The position numbers and the translations under genes were made by a program. From Candidatus Bathyarchaeota archaeon (GTDB lineage: Archaea; Thermoproteota; Bathyarchaeia; Bathyarchaeales; Bathyarchaeaceae), in the NCBI GenBank assembly GCA_963697165.1, contig CAVOMX010000014.1, forward strand, positions 32,001 to 96,000: DNA of 64,000 nt, in the 5' to 3' direction. The notes below the pieces were generated by a model, which saw nothing but the letters and a program-made list of their open reading frames with translations, did not search any database and was not told where the DNA came from. Positions 61,055-64,000 of this stretch are shown piece after piece. Position 1 is the first letter of the stretch. Each line of letters starts with the position of its first letter.

Positions 61055-61654
61055 TTATTTTTCTCCAAAAACTAGGCGGTCAGTAACTAAACATACAGCA
61101 TAAAAGACATCTTCGGGATCAAGTTCGTCTGTTGCAAGAACAAGATTGAAGGGTGTAAGGTCGTGACCTAAATCGAAGCCGTAGAGGTTCTTGTATATCT
61201 GCCTAGTTTGTTCATCTTTTTCTGTTAGAGCTTTTAATGCCTCTTCATTGCTGATGTGGTCCCGAGTTACCACCCGCGTGGCTCTAACCTGAGGCGAACC
61301 CTCCAACCATACTTTAAATCCTTCATTTAAAAGCCAAGGTATTGTCCAACTGTCAAGAACAATGTTCCCTTCCTTCGCCAGCTCCAACAACGTTTCGTCA
61401 ATTCTCTTGTCAAAGGCAGGGTCTCCCATCCTCTGTTGTAGAAAATTTAGACCCCCAGCGGTTTCCCACCATCCTCTTACCTCAGAGTTGTACCCCTCTT
61501 CTTGCGCTAATATTCTCAAAGCGTTCCCTCCAGAAAAGTAGCCAAGTCCATACTTGTCGGCTAGCCTCTTCGCCACTGTGCTCTTTCCGGAGCCAGTCAT
61601 TCCGCTAATACAAATTACAACTTTTTTATTCTCGTCTCTATCACGGTCTTTCAC
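61055..61654 (-). CDS. cmk: Cytidylate kinase
   Basis: ISGMTGSGKST, SGG..LR, R..LYG; conserved position after L34e. Confidence 0.9.
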   Translation of the reverse strand: MKDRDRDENKKVVICISGMTGSGKSTVAKRLADKYGLGYFSGGNALRILAQEEGYNSEVRGWWETAGGLNFLQQRMGDPAFDKRIDETLLELAKEGNIVLDSWTIPWLLNEGFKVWLEGSPQVRATRVVTRDHISNEEALKALTEKDEQTRQIYKNLYGFDLGHDLTPFNLVLATDELDPEDVFYAVCLVTDRLVFGEK

Positions 61655-61677
61655 AGTCTGACAGCCGCCATATCAGC

Positions 61678-61947
61678 TTAAAGATTTCTTGCCGCTGGTT
61701 TTAAGAGGCTTCGGAGACAACCGTGCCACAGATTACTGCTGTGCATATGTTCAACTCGTCTTTGATTTCTGGGAATATTGCTTTTTTTAAATGAATCTTG
61801 CCGTGGAAGCCCAGCTAGTTTTTGACCAGAACTGGAAAAATATGGAAAACTTGCTTTTCCGGTTCCATATTGGATAACTGTTTGTGGATCAGAAGATTTT
61901 GGTTGACAACGTTTCTTGTTTCGAGCTAGCCTAGAAGAGTTTGACAT
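61678..61947 (-). CDS. rpl34e: Highly diverged ribosomal protein eL34 (L34e), possibly decaying
   Basis: Syntenic between DUF106 and cmk. TVIQY...GQKLAGLPR...RRVE...CL matches the L34e pattern, but most Zn cysteines are lost. Confidence 0.65.
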   Translation of the reverse strand: MSNSSRLARNKKRCQPKSSDPQTVIQYGTGKASFPYFSSSGQKLAGLPRQDSFKKSNIPRNQRRVEHMHSSNLWHGCLRSLLKPAARNL

Positions 61948-62475
61948 CTAATCGGTTCCTCCTGTCAATCCAAAGATACGCGAGAATAGTGTCCCGAACA
62001 GGAAAGAGCAGATGAGGTACCAATAGAACAGGCTTAGTTGCATTACCCCACCCAACCATGGAAGATAGGCCACAGGGTCGGGTCCAATGAATGGGCTTTC
62101 GAACAATTTAATACCGAGAATACTTCCAGTTAGCAAGAGCCAAACAACGAAAAAAACTCCCATTGTAATAGGTAAAACTCTAAACTGCTTAGATGATAAG
62201 GAAAGGACTTGAGATTGAAGTTGAAGAAGCTGTTTCTCCTGTTTCTCAGCCTTCTTGAGCAGTTTTTTGTCGCCAGTGCTCTTCGCCTGTTTCATGTTTT
62301 GATTTTTTTCCGCCTTTAAAGCAGCAACCTTACGGTTCAAATCCTTGACTTTTTCGCGGTGCTCCTTAGGCATGAAACGGCTGTTAATGAACGATGAGGC
62401 GAAGGACATGGTTATGGAAACAAAAAGAATAATCAGTGTTACATAGGGAGGTTGTGCCAAGAATGAACTCATCAT
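61948..62475 (-). CDS. DUF106 / EMC3-TMCO1 (Oxa1 superfamily) membrane insertase
   Basis: TM-coiled coil-TM, WYLICSF motif, position downstream of secY. Confidence 0.88.
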   Translation of the reverse strand: MMSSFLAQPPYVTLIILFVSITMSFASSFINSRFMPKEHREKVKDLNRKVAALKAEKNQNMKQAKSTGDKKLLKKAEKQEKQLLQLQSQVLSLSSKQFRVLPITMGVFFVVWLLLTGSILGIKLFESPFIGPDPVAYLPWLGGVMQLSLFYWYLICSFLFGTLFSRIFGLTGGTD

Positions 62476-62606
62476 TTACTCCTCCAGTAAATTTGAATTC
62501 CTGTGTTAAATTCTTTTCCCGCGTCTTCTTCGAGTTTTGATGCCTCACAGTAAACAAACGTTTCCACTGGTCTGTTCATTCCTGTGATGCTAATAGGTCT
62601 ACTCAA
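62472..62606 (-). pseudogene. Probable internally deleted adenylate kinase (adkA) remnant, 44 codons
   Basis: TTG-started frame MSRPISITGMNRPVETFVYCEASKLEEDAGKEF... sits where adkA usually lies. Its stop overlaps the DUF106 start (ATGA). Confidence 0.45.
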
Positions 62607-62612
62607 CTTTTA

Positions 62613-64000
62613 TCATCCCAATACACGACCGAAAGCGGGATACATCTCGGCAACTTGTTCCTGCACAAGTAGTTGATAATATTGATATAATATACCCACG
62701 GCAAGCAGTATACCCATACCTGTTCCGAACACTCCAAAGAACCCTGCAACCGAGGCTATCAATCCTATTATTGCGCCTCCAAGGACTGTGACTACAGGTA
62801 TGTAGCGTTTGAGAATTATTTCTATGGATTTACTTGACCTACGGAACCCTGGAACTTGCATGCCTGAATCAACAAGCTGTTTTGCAACGGTGCTGGGTCC
62901 TAAACCTCCTACTTCTAGCCAAGTTATCGAAAAGATTACGGCGAATGTGACCATGATGCCTACGAAAATTAAGGCTCTATATGGATCGGCGGCGACTTGT
63001 CCCAGACTTCCAGGGGCAGTCACGTAATATGCAAGACCTCCGGTGGGAGCTCCTCCTTCGCCTCCGAAGGTACCTATAAGGTTGACCCAAAAGTTGTTCG
63101 TGCCAAATTGGCTTGATAGGAGTTGTGCGACGACATAGATGTTAGCGAAGAGGGCAGACGCGAATATTACAGGCAGGTTAGAGACATAGAGAAGTTTGAT
63201 TGGATATTTGCCTCGGAATCCTCGATAATTAGCGTGTGAAATTGGAAGTTCAACTCTAACGCCTTCAATGTAAATTACTATAACGAAAACGACAATTGTG
63301 GTTATGAAACCTAACATAGTTGGAAGAGTTGTAAGTGCACCAGCGGAATCATACCTGAAAAAAGCGTTGGTTAAAGATTGTCCACCCATAATAATCTCGC
63401 CAAGAGCAATGAAAGCCCCATAGGTGTGCCCATCTGCCATACTAGGCGTTATCCCAATGCTGTCCCACATGATACCTTGTGCTACTCCGGCTAGAATAAA
63501 AAGGCTGATTCCGCTTCCAATTCCCCAACCTTTCTGCATCATTTCGTCCAAGAGCATAAGCACTATACCAGCGACCAGAAGTTGACAGAAAATTATTACG
63601 GCTGTAAATAGATCCAGAGAACCATACACTCCGCCTATGAGGTAGGCAGAAGCTTGGACTCCAGTGAGAAGTATAGAAAAGAATTTGGTGGCTGCTGTGA
63701 AGAGAGCCCGATCTTCGGTGTTTCCTAGATCAGCTGATATAATGTTGGAGCCGATGAGCAACTGCAAAATGAGGCCACCCGTTACTATAGGACCAATTCC
63801 GAGTTCAGTGAGAGTTCCTCGGTTAGAAGCAAAAATTATTCGAAGGTTTTCGAGGTCCCAGCCTCCACCTCCAACATTGAATAGGGCTATCTCGCTCATG
63901 ACAAGAAAGATTATCAGCGCCATGGCGGTCCAGAAGAGTTTTTCGTTAAAGCTCACTTTCCGGGTTGGTGAACTTACTTCAGGCATAAATCTTGATAGTG
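62613..64000 (-). CDS. secY: Preprotein translocase SecY (5' end at or beyond the window edge)
   Basis: GTLTELGIGPIVT, KGWGIGSGISLFI, YPIKLLYVSNLPVI, PGFR, GTGMGILL. Confidence 0.97.
   Translation of the reverse strand, partial: LSRFMPEVSSPTRKVSFNEKLFWTAMALIIFLVMSEIALFNVGGGGWDLENLRIIFASNRGTLTELGIGPIVTGGLILQLLIGSNIISADLGNTEDRALFTAATKFFSILLTGVQASAYLIGGVYGSLDLFTAVIIFCQLLVAGIVLMLLDEMMQKGWGIGSGISLFILAGVAQGIMWDSIGITPSMADGHTYGAFIALGEIIMGGQSLTNAFFRYDSAGALTTLPTMLGFITTIVVFVIVIYIEGVRVELPISHANYRGFRGKYPIKLLYVSNLPVIFASALFANIYVVAQLLSSQFGTNNFWVNLIGTFGGEGGAPTGGLAYYVTAPGSLGQVAADPYRALIFVGIMVTFAVIFSITWLEVGGLGPSTVAKQLVDSGMQVPGFRRSSKSIEIILKRYIPVVTVLGGAIIGLIASVAGFFGVFGTGMGILLAVGILYQYYQLLVQEQVAEMYPAFGRVLG

Noticed and set aside
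55..63027. Numerous short ORFs antisense to or nested within long genes (e.g. 30005-30502, 31741-32214, 19339-19776)
   Set aside because: Shadow ORFs opposite well-supported genes, with no motifs of their own.

Overview
Archaeal chromosomal window, most likely Bathyarchaeia (inferred from gene content: MCM, Hel308, aIF-1A, Alba, SecY-DUF106-L34e-Cmk, Fpo-like hydrogenase, arcadin-1-like and NosD/CASH genes). Main blocks: (1) MCM-Hel308, purB and an asnB-like gene; (2) a Ribophorin-I/Ost1-like membrane protein, a PhoU-AbrB regulator, a cation antiporter and USPs; (3) an approximately 12 kb complex-I/Fpo-like [NiFe] hydrogenase operon (A,B,CD,H,I,J,K,L,M,N) followed directly by an FrhB/FpoF-like subunit fused to CBS domains; (4) metabolic genes with a GMP-synthase pseudogene and a candidate four-way-junction ncRNA; (5) two nearly identical tRNA-Thr genes bracketing PEPCK, an Lrp regulator and a coiled-coil protein, next to a NosD gene flanked by a 26-bp direct repeat; (6) a complete type IV pilus locus; (7) an ABC exporter and housekeeping genes; (8) the end of the spc operon with an adenylate-kinase remnant and an eroded L34e. 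About ten otherwise intact genes carry single-base frameshifts, mostly +1, which look like long-read consensus errors. A few other genes look truly decayed. No CRISPR array, rRNA, transposase or integrase was seen. All family calls are from motif recognition by eye, with no database search.
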